From the NCBI GenBank assembly GCA_965113315.1, contig OZ220374.1: a DNA stretch of 64,000 bases. One strand, written 5' to 3'. Below the pieces are notes generated by a model. The model had not been told where the DNA came from and did no database searches. It saw nothing but the letters and a program-made list of their open reading frames with translations. The stretch's first letter is position 1. The number at the start of each line of letters is the position of its first letter. The position numbers were made by a program, and so were the translations under genes. Positions 12,993 to 25,578 of the stretch are shown here, one piece after another. Source of the DNA: Podarcis vaucheri (taxonomy: Eukaryota).

Positions 12993-13810
12993 TATGGAAA
13001 TTAGGGAAACATAGTAAATACAGCCTGGGGATGATGGAAATTCTAGCCTAATTTATCAGGAGGGCACAAATTTGAAAAAGGTTAGTGCGTATAAAGGATT
13101 GACTTTTTAGCTCTTTAGTTTGCAAAAGACATCTGATAAATCTTGCATTTGATGAAGCAGACTCTAGTCCACATTCTGCAATACTAAAACTGCTAGTTTT
13201 TCAGGAGCTCTAAATCCGTTTGGTTTGTTGTTGTTGTTGCAACACACTAGCAGGACTGCTTCTCTGGGACTTGGAAAATAGGTGTCTCTTGAATAGCAAA
13301 GTTCAACAATAGATTTCCAGCCATGAAATTTGCAGTAAATGGGAAATGGAGTGAGACCTCTGAATTGATTCTCCTTGGCTAAACTTAGGTATATTGTTTA
13401 ATATCTGGTGCATTTTTAAGTGGGATAGCAATGATCACCAATACTAAAAATAAGAAACCACTCCAGCCTCCCCAATAAACCACCAAGTGCTTCCAAAGTT
13501 TGGGAAATGTTCTGATCTTATTTGCCCATTTCCAACCTTCTTGACATCTCACAAAATGAGTTTTGCCATACACAGATTATTTCATGCTCTTTTCAGCTAG
13601 AAGGCCAGAGGACATCTGTAGAATATTCATCATCAAAAGGCTCAAAGGGGGGTGGGGAATTGGAAGGCAAATTCATGTGTTCTCAAACACAATTCTCATC
13701 AAGGTGAGCTTAATTCGCTTCTGTTTGTTTGCAGGTTGGGGGTACCACTTAATGTGCAAATTCAAGAGGATCCATTTTAATTCTACTTTTACCCAGATCT
13801 TGTGGAAAAG

Positions 13811-13813
<3 letters not shown>

Positions 13814-13857
<44 letters not shown>
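13814..13857. repeat. (TA)n microsatellite
   Basis: About 22 perfect TA units. Confidence 0.95.
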
Positions 13858-13859
<2 letters not shown>

Positions 13860-14428
13860 GTGTGTATGTGTGCAGTGGTGGACCTTGGCATCCAAAATTT
13901 CAGTGGTGCCCTATGTGACATCAAAATCTGGGTGCCCCCGCCTTCCATTGGACTTCATAGTTGTGGTGCCTACTGCAACACTCCAGAAACTACCCGCCCA
14001 ATGCAACTGAACCATTGACACTCCCCTAGATCCATCTTTGGTGTGTATGGGTGTGTGCTTTCTATCTGTTGGTGATGGGGGGAGAATGGACCAGAAGGGG
14101 TGGTGCTCACAGCACCCTCGCAACATTCCAAATGTACCCCTAGGCACCCTGCAAAGGAGCGTGTCACAGAATTGGCCCCTCTGGTCTCAGTAGGGAGTGC
14201 AATGTCCGCTTTCCCCTCCCCTTCCTTAACATTCTGATTAGTCCTGCCCTTGCACTCATCAGGAACCAGACCCAGGGCAGGGTGGGCGGTCCCTGGATTA
14301 ACCAAAGGTGGGTCAACCTGATTTGAGACCCCAGATGTGGGCCATGAGGCATGGGGGGGCTGTGTACAGCCCTAATAAATGCACACACACAAACACAAAA
14401 TAATGTCTTATTTTGGCATTAAGCAGTA

Positions 14429-14607
14429 CAGTCATACCTTGGAAGTTGAACAGCTTAGTTCCCGAACGTTTTGGCTCCCAAATGTCGCAAACCTGGAAGT
14501 GACTGTTCCAGTTTGCGAACTTTTTTTGGGAAGCCAAATGTCTGACAGGGCTTCCGTGGCTTCCGGTTGGCTGCAGGTGATTCAGTTTGACTTCCAAGGT
14601 ACGATGG
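14429..14607. mobile_element. Tc1/mariner-type MITE related to 12751-12992
   Basis: TA|cagtcataccttggaagt...acttccaaggtacgatgg|TA with a shared internal ggaagt/tttgc motif. Confidence 0.82.
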
Positions 14608-16199
14608 TATATAAATTTAATAATGACAGCAGTATATTATATAGCACAAAATATTATTGTTAGTCATGCCAGCTTAGTATTTTAAAACTGGGAGGCACTT
14701 TGTACAGGAAGGAAATTAGTACTAACAAGAAACAACTATTAGTAACAAGTACTAATAAGAAACAGTATTCTGTTGCCTTCACTGCTTCCAAATGTCTATA
14801 TGCAAATAATAACTCTAGTCACTAAAGAATTTTGACATGTAGCTGCAGTGATGTCCAGCTATGCCACCAAAGCTTCACTATGATTCCCCCACCTCATGAA
14901 TTACCTCAGGATCTGATGAAGGCAACTAAGAAGGAGCCAGTCACTGACTTGTAGCAAATGATCCATAACAGTGGTTTCAACAAGGTGGCACATTTTTGAG
15001 GCATTTGGGGGGAAAGGAGCCCAAGGAGAAATAACAAAAGAGGAGGAGACTTATGTTTTGAGCTGGCTAGCTAGCCTTTGAACAATATTTTTTTTCTCTT
15101 TCACTGGCTAGCACCCATCTTTTCCTTTTCCTTTTAATTGCTGCTGAAACAGAATTCTTCCATAGACTTGTTAATAATATTATCTTTGTTTTATGACTTC
15201 CATTTCTTTTTTACAAAGAGCTGTGGATTTCTCTCTCTCCTGACTTCTTCTGATAAGCCCATGCGCTAAAAGGAACACAATGAGACTATTGGTGCAAATT
15301 ACTGAACAGATAATGTTGCCTGACATTAAGGTCAATGGTGTTGTTTGCTGTGGGAAAGGTAGTTAAATTTAAATAAAAGATTGCTCAAATTAGGGGGACC
15401 CAATGTCATTGGCTAGACACGAGTAAAATTATAAAAATGCTAATAGGTTCTTCTATCATAATAAATTTATTTGGTTGCTAATAAAGTGAAGGGGAAATCC
15501 AATCATGGTTAAATATATAGTTGGCAGTTTTCACAACATTATCTAAAGACTGGACTTTAATTTTTGTACTCATACAATGGGCTACAATGAGAAGTTCACA
15601 CAATTTGGATGCTTTTCTCATTATGAGTTTCTCAAAACTTTCTTTCTGTATTACTTCATTTCTTTGAGGACTTGCAGGACCAAATTTTACAAATTATGTT
15701 TCTGCTCTGTCCACAGTCCCTGTGGAATCTCAACCTTGGCTGGATAGCACAGGACTCACATTGGCACAAATGTGGGCAAAGTCTGTGAATAAGGTTAGCA
15801 AATGATTTTCATGAAGGACGAAAAATCAACCTAAAAGGGTGGTGAATATATATATATTTAACATGAATGACAACTGTTTTACTTTTCATTGTTTTTAGAA
15901 AAGTAAACAGTGGGACCAAAAGGCCACAACATACAAGAGATGTAATCTTTGGCATTCCTGTGGAAAGACTAAATGTATACAAGACCAGCACTGGCACCAT
16001 CTGCAACAGCAGAAATTGACAATAGAACAAGGGGACACTCCCAATTTGTCGCCTTTTGATCCCACTGTTTACAGTTTGACTGAACCACCCTACAATCTTT
16101 CTATCTTCACCATGCAAATTTAACACCTAAATCCTAGGAGAGAAAGCCTTGATCTCCGTTAAATCCCACTCAAACAGAATTAAACTTACAAATAAATTC

Positions 16200-16828
16200 T
16201 GCTTCAGCTGTTTCAAGGGCAAGTCTCCCTGTGAAGTTCTTTTGTTGGACCATTCTGACATGCATTTCAGAGCAAGCTATTTGACCAAACTCATGCCTGC
16301 CACCTTAAGAAACGCCTTTATGGATCTCAAATTCGAGGTGCTGCCCATGGCAGTCATGGATGCCTACTACAATAGGGTTCCATATGAGGACAGGCTCTGC
16401 ATATGTGGCCAATCACAGGTGGAAGACTTCACAAATTACTTGTTAATCTATCCTTTGGATAGGGGTCCAAGAGTCTGGTTCCTGAAACCTTTACTAATTC
16501 CTGGAAGCAGATTTCCTAAGGCAGAAATAGTTCAATTTCTTTTGAATGACGCTAGCAGTTTTGTGGCACATAAAGTGTTGCTTTTTGCTCTGGCTGCAAG
16601 AAAGATTCGAAAGAGAGAGATAGACAATATCACAAGAAATTGAGCTGGACATTCAGAGGTTTAACAGAAGTTTAGATGAGTATGAGTTAGCGGATGAAAC
16701 TTATGAAATCTGGCTCCCTTTCGTTAAACCGTTGGCTTACGTAATTGTCATATACTCCAGCTGTATTATGGGTTGCAGTTTGGCAAATTGTAATCAAATT
16801 GTTATGGCCTTTGGTCAATACAATAGAC
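16200..16828 (+). mobile_element. Non-LTR retrotransposon ORF2 C-terminus and 3' UTR (RTE-X-like)
   Basis: RNAFMDLKFEVLP...YNRVPYEDRLCICGQSQVEDFTNYLLIYPL..R..FL is a decayed CCHC knuckle typical of LINE ORF2 ends. Stop at 16643. Confidence 0.7.
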
Positions 16829-16965
16829 CAGGCATAGGCAAACTCGGCCCTCCAAGTGTTTTTGGGACTACAACTCCCATCATCCCTAGCTAACAGGACC
16901 AGTGGTCAGGGCTGATGGGAGTTGTAGTCCCAAAACATCTGGAGGGCCGAGTTTGCCTATGCCTG
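16829..16965. mobile_element. hAT MITE, young
   Basis: Long near-perfect TIRs caggcataggcaaactcggccctcca and tggagggccgagtttgcctatgcctg. Perfect 8-bp TSD caatagac. Confidence 0.95.
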
Positions 16966-17454
16966 CAATAGACTCAGATGAATGTTAGTGACTTCAGGTT
17001 GCCCATTTAATTAAAAAAATACCAACAACCCTGTTTGTACATTATTCAGAGAGGAACTCCAGTTACTACTTTTCTTCAACAGCTAGGCAATGTTTCTCAG
17101 GCTGGCACTTCCTGATTTGTTTGAAAAATTCTGTCATGTTTCTCTCTTTAAAAACAAGCATTTATTTTGGAAAATGTATTCACTTCTACTGACTTAGTTA
17201 CAGCCTGGACGTTGTATGGCTCAATTCTGTCTCAAAGTCTTCCCTTCAGTTTGTTGTCTTGCCAGCTCAACTCTCTACGCATTCATTCGGAAGTTCAATA
17301 GGGCTTGCTCTCAGGTGAGTGGGTATAAGATTGCTGCCTACATGTTTTAACAACTCATTTACTCTGAGTTATTCCAGTGGAAGAAAAGTGAAAATACAGC
17401 ACACACAGAGGTAACCAAAGTTGTTGGTTGTGACTTGCCTGGACAACAGCAGTT

Positions 17455-17597
17455 GGACCATAGCTCAGGAACAGACCCCGTGTATTGCATTCAGAAGGTC
17501 TTGGGTTCAGTTCATGATTTCTGCAGTTCTCAGGATCTTAGGAATTAGGGCTGGGAAGGGTGTCTTTTTGAGGCACTCAAAAAATGATGCCAGTCAC
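17455..17597 (+). mobile_element. Squam3-like tRNA SINE, degraded
   Basis: catagctcag...ttgcattcagaaggtcttgggttca...agggctgggaa...tgccagtca. Confidence 0.55.
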
Positions 17598-17610
17598 AAC
17601 AACCAACATG

Positions 17611-17989
17611 TTGTTGTTGTTGTTTAGTCGTTTAGTCGTGTCCGACTCTTTGTGACCCCATGGGCCAGAGCACGCCAGGCACTCCTGTCTTCTACTGACT
17701 CCCGCAGTTTGGTCAAACCCATTCTGGTAGCTTCGAGAACACTGTCCAACCATCTTGTCCTCTGCCGTCCCCTTCTCCTTGTGCCCTCCATCTTTCCCAA
17801 CATCAGGGTCTTTTCCAGGGAGTCTTCTCTTCTCATGAGGTGGCCAAAGTATTGGAGCCTCAGCTTCAGGATCTGTCCTTCCAGTGAGCACTCAGGGCTG
17901 ATTTCCTTCAGAATGGATAGGTTTGATCTTCTTGCAATCCATGGGACTCTCAAGAGTCTCCTCCAACACCATAATTCAAAAGCATCAAC
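17611..17989 (-). mobile_element. BovB (RTE) LINE 3' fragment
   Basis: Uninterrupted DAFELWCWRRLLRVPW..RRSN.SILKEI.PECSLEG...GVTKSRTRLND*, (CAA)n tail, TSD caaccaacatg at 17600-17610 and 17990-18000. Confidence 0.95.
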
Positions 17990-19299
17990 CAACCAACATG
18001 GTGCCCTCCAAAGGTTGTTAGACTCCAACTTAGCTAAATACCAACCACAGTTTATTTGTCTAAAGATTGTATAAGAGTTTACTGCTTTCTTTTTCCTTCA
18101 TATGCAAGTTCGATGGACTAAAATTCACATTGCTACATTACAGTATTAATGCAATCTACTTTCCCCCCTCTAATTCAGTTTGTACAGGCAAACTGAACAA
18201 TGCTGCAAAATACATTAACACCAGGTCATCTGCTTTGCATTTCCAACAATAGGACCACATTTTCATAAAGGGTAATGTTAAGCCACAGTGTATGTTTTCC
18301 AAGACGTTGCATGTCTTTATCTTAAAATTCAAATTAAGTCGACAATAGGAGATGGCTAAGAACTGGACCATAATTATCCTTTCCTCCATGATGTGTGACA
18401 CACACAATAACCTTTTCTTAAAGAGGTCAGGACATTTGAAAAGGAAAGAGGATGAAGACAGCAGGGTTTTCTTGCCTCCCCCTTTTATTTATGACTATTA
18501 TACTAACATTGCTGGATGACTGTTGCACTAGAACAGAGTTTCAGAAGGAGTTTTGAAGAAATTTATCATGGCACAAGCTTTCATGTTTCCACTCCTACAA
18601 GTTGCTAGGAGGGGGATGACATGAAGCAGAACATTTTCCCAACTTTGGAACCCCATCCTGAGGGAAATACAGTCCACTCCCAAGCTTTTTTCTTCTATTT
18701 TGCTGGCCATTTCCTCAAGGAGTTGCTTTTTTTTTAGCCTTCTGATTTACTGCTTTCCTGCCCTGTTGTTCGCTCTGTGGCTTATGGAATTTTATGGGTA
18801 ATTTTACGGTGGTTTTTACTTGTATTTTGTAAATATTTATGCAAACTATATCAATTGTTTATTATTTATTTACTTTCCTTTATTCATAAAAATATTCACA
18901 TGCTACCAACTCACATAAGAAGATATCAAGTCATAGTCAATATTAGAAGTGCAATGAAGCATCATAAAAGCAATGCAAGGCCTTTTCGTGGCTGCTCCCA
19001 GACTTTGAAACACCCTTCCTGGAAAGGCTAGACTGGCTCCCTCCTCGCTGTCCTTTTAGTGGCTAATTAATTCCCACAAGCTTTGGAGAACTGACTGCTT
19101 TTAAGGAAAGGACTTTTAATAATGCTGCACTGTTTTCACTATCTGCATTTTGTTTTCATATCATTTAAATTCCATTATAGTTTAATTACTTTTTAACTAT
19201 TGTCTTCTCTATGTTTTTAGCTTTCCATGTTTATTCATGTATGTTTTTGTGAGCCAGTTCTGGGAGAAAGGCAGGATATGAATTTTAAAAATGATAATA

Positions 19300-19521
19300 C
19301 AGTTGTACCTCTGCTTCGGGATGTGAACACGGCAAACCCGGAAGTACTTTTCTGGGTTTCGCCATGCGCACATGCACGGAAGCGCTCTATGCACCACACG
19401 CATGTGCAGAAGCACTAAACCATGCCACGCACATGCGCAGAAGCAGTCTTCCGTTTGTGAATTCCTCAGGATGCGGCCGGACCTCCAGAATGGATCCTGT
19501 TTACAACCGGAGGTACCATTG
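19300..19521. mobile_element. Tc1/mariner-type MITE
   Basis: TA|cagttgtacctc...gaggtaccattg|TA with gcgcacatgc repeats inside. Confidence 0.8.
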
Positions 19522-21689
19522 TACAAAGCAATCCTTAAAATGAAAATTCAATAAAGATTGAATTACAAAATAAAAAATAAAAGGCAGGTAGTGGAATAGA
19601 TTCAACACTTTGGCTCGCATGCCCTTGGGCCTTCTCATACTACAATAATGAATACCGCGCAGCCTTTTGAGACCAGCTTCCCCCCTTACGGAAAAACACA
19701 AGAAGCATCTCATGTCATGCACGTTTAAATTGAAATAAATCTCAGTACATACAAGAACGTGGTCACTTCCTCACAGAAAATCTTGCTCACAGGAAAGCAT
19801 GGGTAGGATAGCAGCCCTACATTGCAATTGTATAAATTCCTACTAAGAATTAAGCCCTACTCAGATCAGAGGGCCGTGTTCGAACAGCAGCAATTGCATC
19901 CATCAGCTGTTGGGGGGAGAGGGTCTAAATTTAATCCCGTTCCCTGCCTAAGGGCATTTGCCGCCACTGCTTTTTAAAAAGAGGGCTGTCCATGCACAAT
20001 CTATGCTAGGTGTCTCGACTGGACTGAATCGTCCAGGAGTCCTTTACCTTTTTTACCTTTATAGGAATTGTGCAGAATTTATAGTATCCCTCCACAGGCG
20101 GATTCTCAGTCAATTCTGCCTCTCTTTCTCTATTAAGAGAGGTTTTCAGCAAAATCTCCTCTTTCAGTGCGAAGGTTGTCAGGCAGGGAAACATCCCTGC
20201 CTGGACACTGAAATGGCTCTGTGTAGCCATGTGTTTCCAGCTGCCGCCTAATCGCTCAGAAAGACGTCCTTCGTGTTTATAGCTTGCATCACAGTCAGAT
20301 GCCCAAAGGCAGATGATGATTTTTAAAGCCTGCAATCCTATGCAGAATCAGACACACCTAAGCCCACTGATTTCAGCTGACCTAGACCTGCTTAACGCAG
20401 CATAGGAGCCAACTGGAAATGGGCTAAAAGTGATTATCATCAGCATTATTATTATTATTACTGCAAATTTAAAAACCCCAAGAAAAGGTCTTATCCTTCT
20501 ATTTTTAAACCCTGTGTAATTCTGTGATGCTTTTCCATTTAATTAATGTGCCAGTATAATAAAATAACACACAAAATCATTATTTCATGACATTAATGAA
20601 GTCTACTTTTCCGGTGCAATTTGAATAGGCAATTGAACAACAGTGCTCTAAAACACATTAAAACCAGGTCATCTGCTTTGCATTCCTAACAATATGCCCA
20701 CACTTCCATGAAGGGTAATCTTAAACTACTTTTTTTTTTCCAGAGCAGACATTACATCTTTATCTTAAAATTCCAAATGTTTCAACAATGGATGATTGTA
20801 AAGAACTAGACAATTATTTTTCAGCACCCATTGATTAATGACTTAGTCTATGACACAGAGAGAAAGTGTAGAACAAAGGAGTCCATTATAATAATGCATA
20901 GGCATTAAACCATCTTCATTAATGGGGCTTTTTTGGCTTCTGCTTAGCATAAAACAAAATGCACCATAAAGAAAGTGAAGACGTATTAACTTGAGATGTC
21001 TTTTTAAATGCAATTGACAAAAGGCATGCATGGAAGTGGTATCCCTGGTACTCATTTTAGAAATATTTGTGTGTTTCCCATTTGCAGTTCCCTGAAGGAG
21101 AGCTTATCTGAACAGGGGTTGAGGTTTTCAGAGATGAGATCCCATTTTAGAGACCCAATCCTAGCAGAACCTGCAAGAACAAAAGAAAACAAAACCAAAG
21201 GCAAATGTTCTCGTATTCTTACTTACTTTACAATGGAACAAATTTAGTCAGGCACCTCTTACCATCCTCTGAAAACCTCCTTTCTGTGAAATTATTAAGA
21301 ACTCAAGAGACCTGCTTTCCTGGTCACTATGTCTCAGCCATCACCTCTAGTATTGCTCTAGCATCACGAACACATCCAGCATATTTTGCCTGCAAGTGCC
21401 ATTGGTCAGTCAGTAGACACACCAGTTACCATGCCTAGGCTGTAGGGTAACAGGGAATTTAGTGCAGAGAAGATGGGATCACCCAATGGACCACTGGCTT
21501 TCCTGGCAAGTAGCTGTACATGGGCAGCAGAGATTAGGCTTTTTTAAAGTCACAGCTTACCAGGACTTACGTTCTCATAAAAAGAGTGGAACTGACACGG
21601 ATGGATCAATTTGTGTATTTTGGTTTCTCATCTTTCCAATCTTAAGTTCAGCTCTCTACATTCCGAGATCAGTTTGTGGTTTGGTTTGA

Positions 21690-21968
21690 GTTTGTTTAAA
21701 AGTGCTCATGGAAATATCTGCCTTGAAGTGTGGATTTCTACTAATTTTTCCAAAGCAGGTTTGCAGAATATGTGCATTGTTGTTTGTTACTCTCACTACT
21801 ATATGCATTTGTATGCATGCTTTATCCTTTTTGTAAGCATTCCTTTGCAAGGTTTGAAGATGTGTGAATACTGAAGTAATATGTGTTTCAGTTCACACGT
21901 TTCAGAAACTCTGAATGAGGAAGTTTCTCCTTTAAATGCAAACTCAATCAAATTTGTCCCACACTCCT
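21690..21968 (-). repeat. Dispersed repeat, unclassified (tagggatg...gaaattgacaga family)
   Basis: Reverse-strand similarity to 22135-22790 and 23167-23580. Confidence 0.45.
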
Positions 21969-22134
21969 ACCAACTGAGCATACCCAGAGTATTGTAATAC
22001 TATTGCATCAATAGATGCTGCTTTTCCTAAATCTTCAAAGTGCTTTATACATATTTATGCAGCAATCTTTATAAACTCCATTTACATTTACCAGCATATT
22101 ATCATTACTATATGATGGGCTGAGATGACAGGTT

Positions 22135-22258
22135 AGAGATGAGGGAGAAATTCAGTTCACTTCACCTGTTAATGTGAACCAACATAAACTGTACTTCCCA
22201 AAACAATACACAAATCAAAACACAGCTTCAAAACTTGCACTTTTCTGAATGTTGTGAT

Positions 22259-22291
<33 letters not shown>

Positions 22292-22790
22292 TTTATTTAT
22301 ATCCCGCCCTCCCCAGCCGAAGCCGGGCTCAGGGCGGCTAACAACAATCAAATAATCAAACAATCAAATAATCCAACATTCTAAAAACATTTCATCATAA
22401 AAGTTAATTAAAATCAAATTGATGGCAACCGTTAAGCAAAATTCTGTGCAGGTTGCCAGAGGAGGGAGTCAGGCTGCGCCCTGCCCTGCGTAAATGTAGT
22501 TATGCAACCCAAAAAAGTGTGTGGAAATATATATATTTTTTAAAAAATGTACATTAAATGGATATATTACAGACAACAATAGACCAACAAAAATGCATTA
22601 CATTAAGGTAAATTGTTTGCAAACATTTGTATATTAAGAGAAATTGGCACTAAAATGCTGATAAATTCTCTTGCGGACTTTAAACAAAATGAATCACAGA
22701 CTGGTGCAGAAAAATGGCAAAGCGAAATTAAGGCTGGAAGAATGAGAAACTGAGAGAAACTGAAATTGACAGATGCATCCATCCATAACT
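22135..22790 (+). repeat. Same unclassified dispersed repeat, interrupted by an L2
   Basis: tagagatgagggagaaattc... start and gagaaactgaaattgacagatgcatccatc end, split by 22260-22490. Confidence 0.6.
22260..22490 (-). mobile_element. L2-type LINE 3' end (second subfamily)
   Basis: (TAA)n tail followed by ttatttatatcccgccctccccagccgaagccgggctcagggcggc. Confidence 0.75.
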
Positions 22791-23166
22791 GAAAAGCCAA
22801 ACCGAGCTCATGGCTTAGGCGAGATTTAAAGCAGTGATTGGTTCCACCAGCGCATTTGCTTAATCCTTATCCTATGCTGCCTCTCCATTTCGAAGCCTAA
22901 ACTCTCCAAGCCTCAGGCTTAAGGCTGCAGCGTTTCTGGATCCAAGGGCACAGCATCCAGGTAGGACTAAGCTGTGGTGGTACAGCTAGGTAATTTTAGA
23001 CTTTGAACTTCATGGTGTCACGGCTGTGCCTCCTCCCCCCTCTTCAGATGGCGGCATGTGGTACTTTGCTTACTTCAAAATGTAGTAAGTCGATCCTACT
23101 GCATTTGAGGACACTTCTTCTCATTCTGCTGGTGGGGGCCCTTCCAGCCCAAAATATGTGCCTGTC

Positions 23167-23580
23167 TAGGGATGAGGGGAAAGTATGATTTAGTTTGCAT
23201 CTCAAGGCATACCTACCTAATCTGAACTTCTTGAAACGACACATGAACGGAAGTACAGCCACCCTCTGAAATTTGCACTTCTCCGAATTTTGCAATGCAC
23301 TTCTCCACCCAAGTAATGTGAGCAAAAATGCATATACTAGGGTAAAGTGTGCATAAAAATGCATTTACTAGTGAAAATAGCACACAAGAATTGTTAGGGG
23401 AAATTGCTTTGCAAAAATGTGTATATTAGGCAAAATTGCATAAGAATAGGTGTATATTAGGAGAAATTTGCACTAAAGTGCTATTTTTTATATAAATTGC
23501 AAAACAATGCGGAAAGGTTGAGCTGACTTTCAGATTGGAAAAATGAGAGAAGGGGAGAAACCGAAACTGACAGATTGTCC
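23167..23580 (+). repeat. Unclassified dispersed repeat, intact copy
   Basis: tagggatgagggg...gcacttctccgaattttg...ggaaaaatgaga...gaaactgacagattg, homologous to the copies at 22135 and 28531. Confidence 0.65.
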
Positions 23581-24405
23581 TGACAAGTCAACCGCCAAGC
23601 TCCAGCTCTGCCTACGTTTTTGAAGATGAATCAATTCCACATAAAGGAATCCCCATGATCACCTATGCTGTTTGAGCAACCCTGTTCAAGACAGTTCTGC
23701 TCAGACTTTGGGCTGGATATTCCACACAATGGACCCATACAACTGTGACTCCTCATCTGTAATTACAATGCAGGTTACATGCTTGAGAATGTTAGTCTTG
23801 TTCTCTGTGTTTGGATCTATCATCTGGCAAACAATTGTGTGAATGGCCCTGAATTTTTATGCCACCATAGCACTTGCAAATCCATAATCAGCTGAATGGG
23901 AAAGAGAGTGAAATATGACCAAGTCAGAGTCCAGACTTTGAGAGGAAGAGTCAGGCTGAGTATTCAGGAGATTAGTGAAACGTATGAATAAATCACAGTG
24001 GATGATTTGACAAAGTTAACCTCTCTGCTGGTAGAATATCAATGAATAGATCTCACTACCACTTGCTTCATACATTGTCTGTATTCATTCATTTTCAAGG
24101 AAGGCCTTTGAATGATTTTGTTGTTGTTGTTGTTGTTGTTGTTATGGGTTCTAGGATGCTCTTCAGTATTAGATCAGGGTTGCTGGGCTGTAAGTGGGGC
24201 AGTTCATTCATTTGAATGTGTAGCCCACTGTAACACAATAGCTCAAATGAATTAAAAATAAATTTACAAAACTATCCCATTAAAATCCAATGAAAAGGGC
24301 ATAAAAACCTAATAGAGGCAAAAATGCACAACCTAAAGCCATTGTGTTAACCCCTTCCCAAGTCAAGAAATAAAGGTCTTGCAACATTCTTGTGTTAAAC
24401 TAATA

Positions 24406-24510
24406 TTGTTGTTGTTTAGTCGTTTAGTCGTGTCCAACTCTTCGTGACCCCATGGACCAGAGCAAGCCAGGCCCTTCTGTCTTCCACTGCCTCCCGCAGT
24501 TTGGTCAAAA
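24406..24510 (-). mobile_element. BovB extreme 3' fragment
   Basis: ttgttgttgtttagtcgtttagtcgtgtccaactc... nearly identical to 17611-17717. Confidence 0.9.
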
Positions 24511-25202
24511 TCTAGCTATTCTCATCAAAGGGACTGTCAGAAATAGATATGTGGTGGTTTGCTAAAAGTTGCCTCTTCTTCACAGCAAGAAACTGCAGAG
24601 GAATGTTTTTCCTTGTGAATAAACCCTCTTCATAACTGCATGAGAAGTAGCCTTCTGGGTCAAGCCAGCATCCTGTTCTCACAATGGCCAGACACCATGG
24701 GAAGTCCTCAAGCAGAACATTGGTTCATCCCCACTCTCCACGTTTGTGATTCCCAGCAGCTGGCATTCAGAGGCAGACTGTCTCCTACACTTGAGGGAGC
24801 ACAAAGGCATCCTGGTTACTGACCACAGATAGCCTTCTCCATGAATATCTCTATTTCAGGCAAATGAATTTCAGGCATTTTGAGCTGAAGTTATGCAACC
24901 GCCCAGAGGGGGCAGTGTGGACAATTGTGCTAGCTCTGCCCTGACACCATTCCTGTCGCCCTCTGCCATCTGGAGGATGGCGGTCTACAGCCAGGAACCT
25001 ACTCTACTCATGTAGGCTCTATATGATGTATATTTTAGAACCCTGATTTTCCAGGATTCTAAATTGTTCAGGGTGCCTCCTCTGGACAATAGGAGGTACC
25101 CTTCTTCTTCAGACGTTCACCCTCTAATACATGGAGGGCAACTGGAATGGTGGGGCATTGGAGGTAGTAAACTTGCTTCTGGTGCTGCCTCTCATGCATT
25201 TA

Positions 25203-25578
25203 CATGGGTCGCGCTGTGGTCTAAACCACTGAGCCTCTTGATCTTGTCGATTGGAAGGTTGGCGGTTCAAATCTGTATGATGCAGTGAGCTCCCATTGCT
25301 CTGTCCCAGCTCCTGCCAACCTAGCAGTTTGAAAGCACACCAGTGCAAGTAGATAAATAGGTACTGCTGTGGCAGGAAGGTAAACGGTATTTCCGTGCGC
25401 TCTGGTTTCTGTCATGGTGTTCCATTGCACCAGAAGCAGTTTAGTCATGCTGGCCACATGACCTGGAAAGCTGTCTGCGGACAAACACCAGCTCCCTTGG
25501 CCTGAAAGTGAGATGAGTGCCGCAACTCCATAGTTGCCTTTGACTGGACTTAACCGTCCAGGGGCACTTTACCTTTAC
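25203..25578 (+). mobile_element. Sauria SINE (longer, more diverged subfamily)
   Basis: Same body as 11932-12316 including the internal extra segment, with an accttt tail. No clear TSD. Confidence 0.9.

Noticed and set aside
16149-16643. 164-aa ORF as a domesticated gene
   Set aside because: LINE ORF2 tail with the zinc-knuckle His/Cys lost, non-ATG start and no splice or promoter support.
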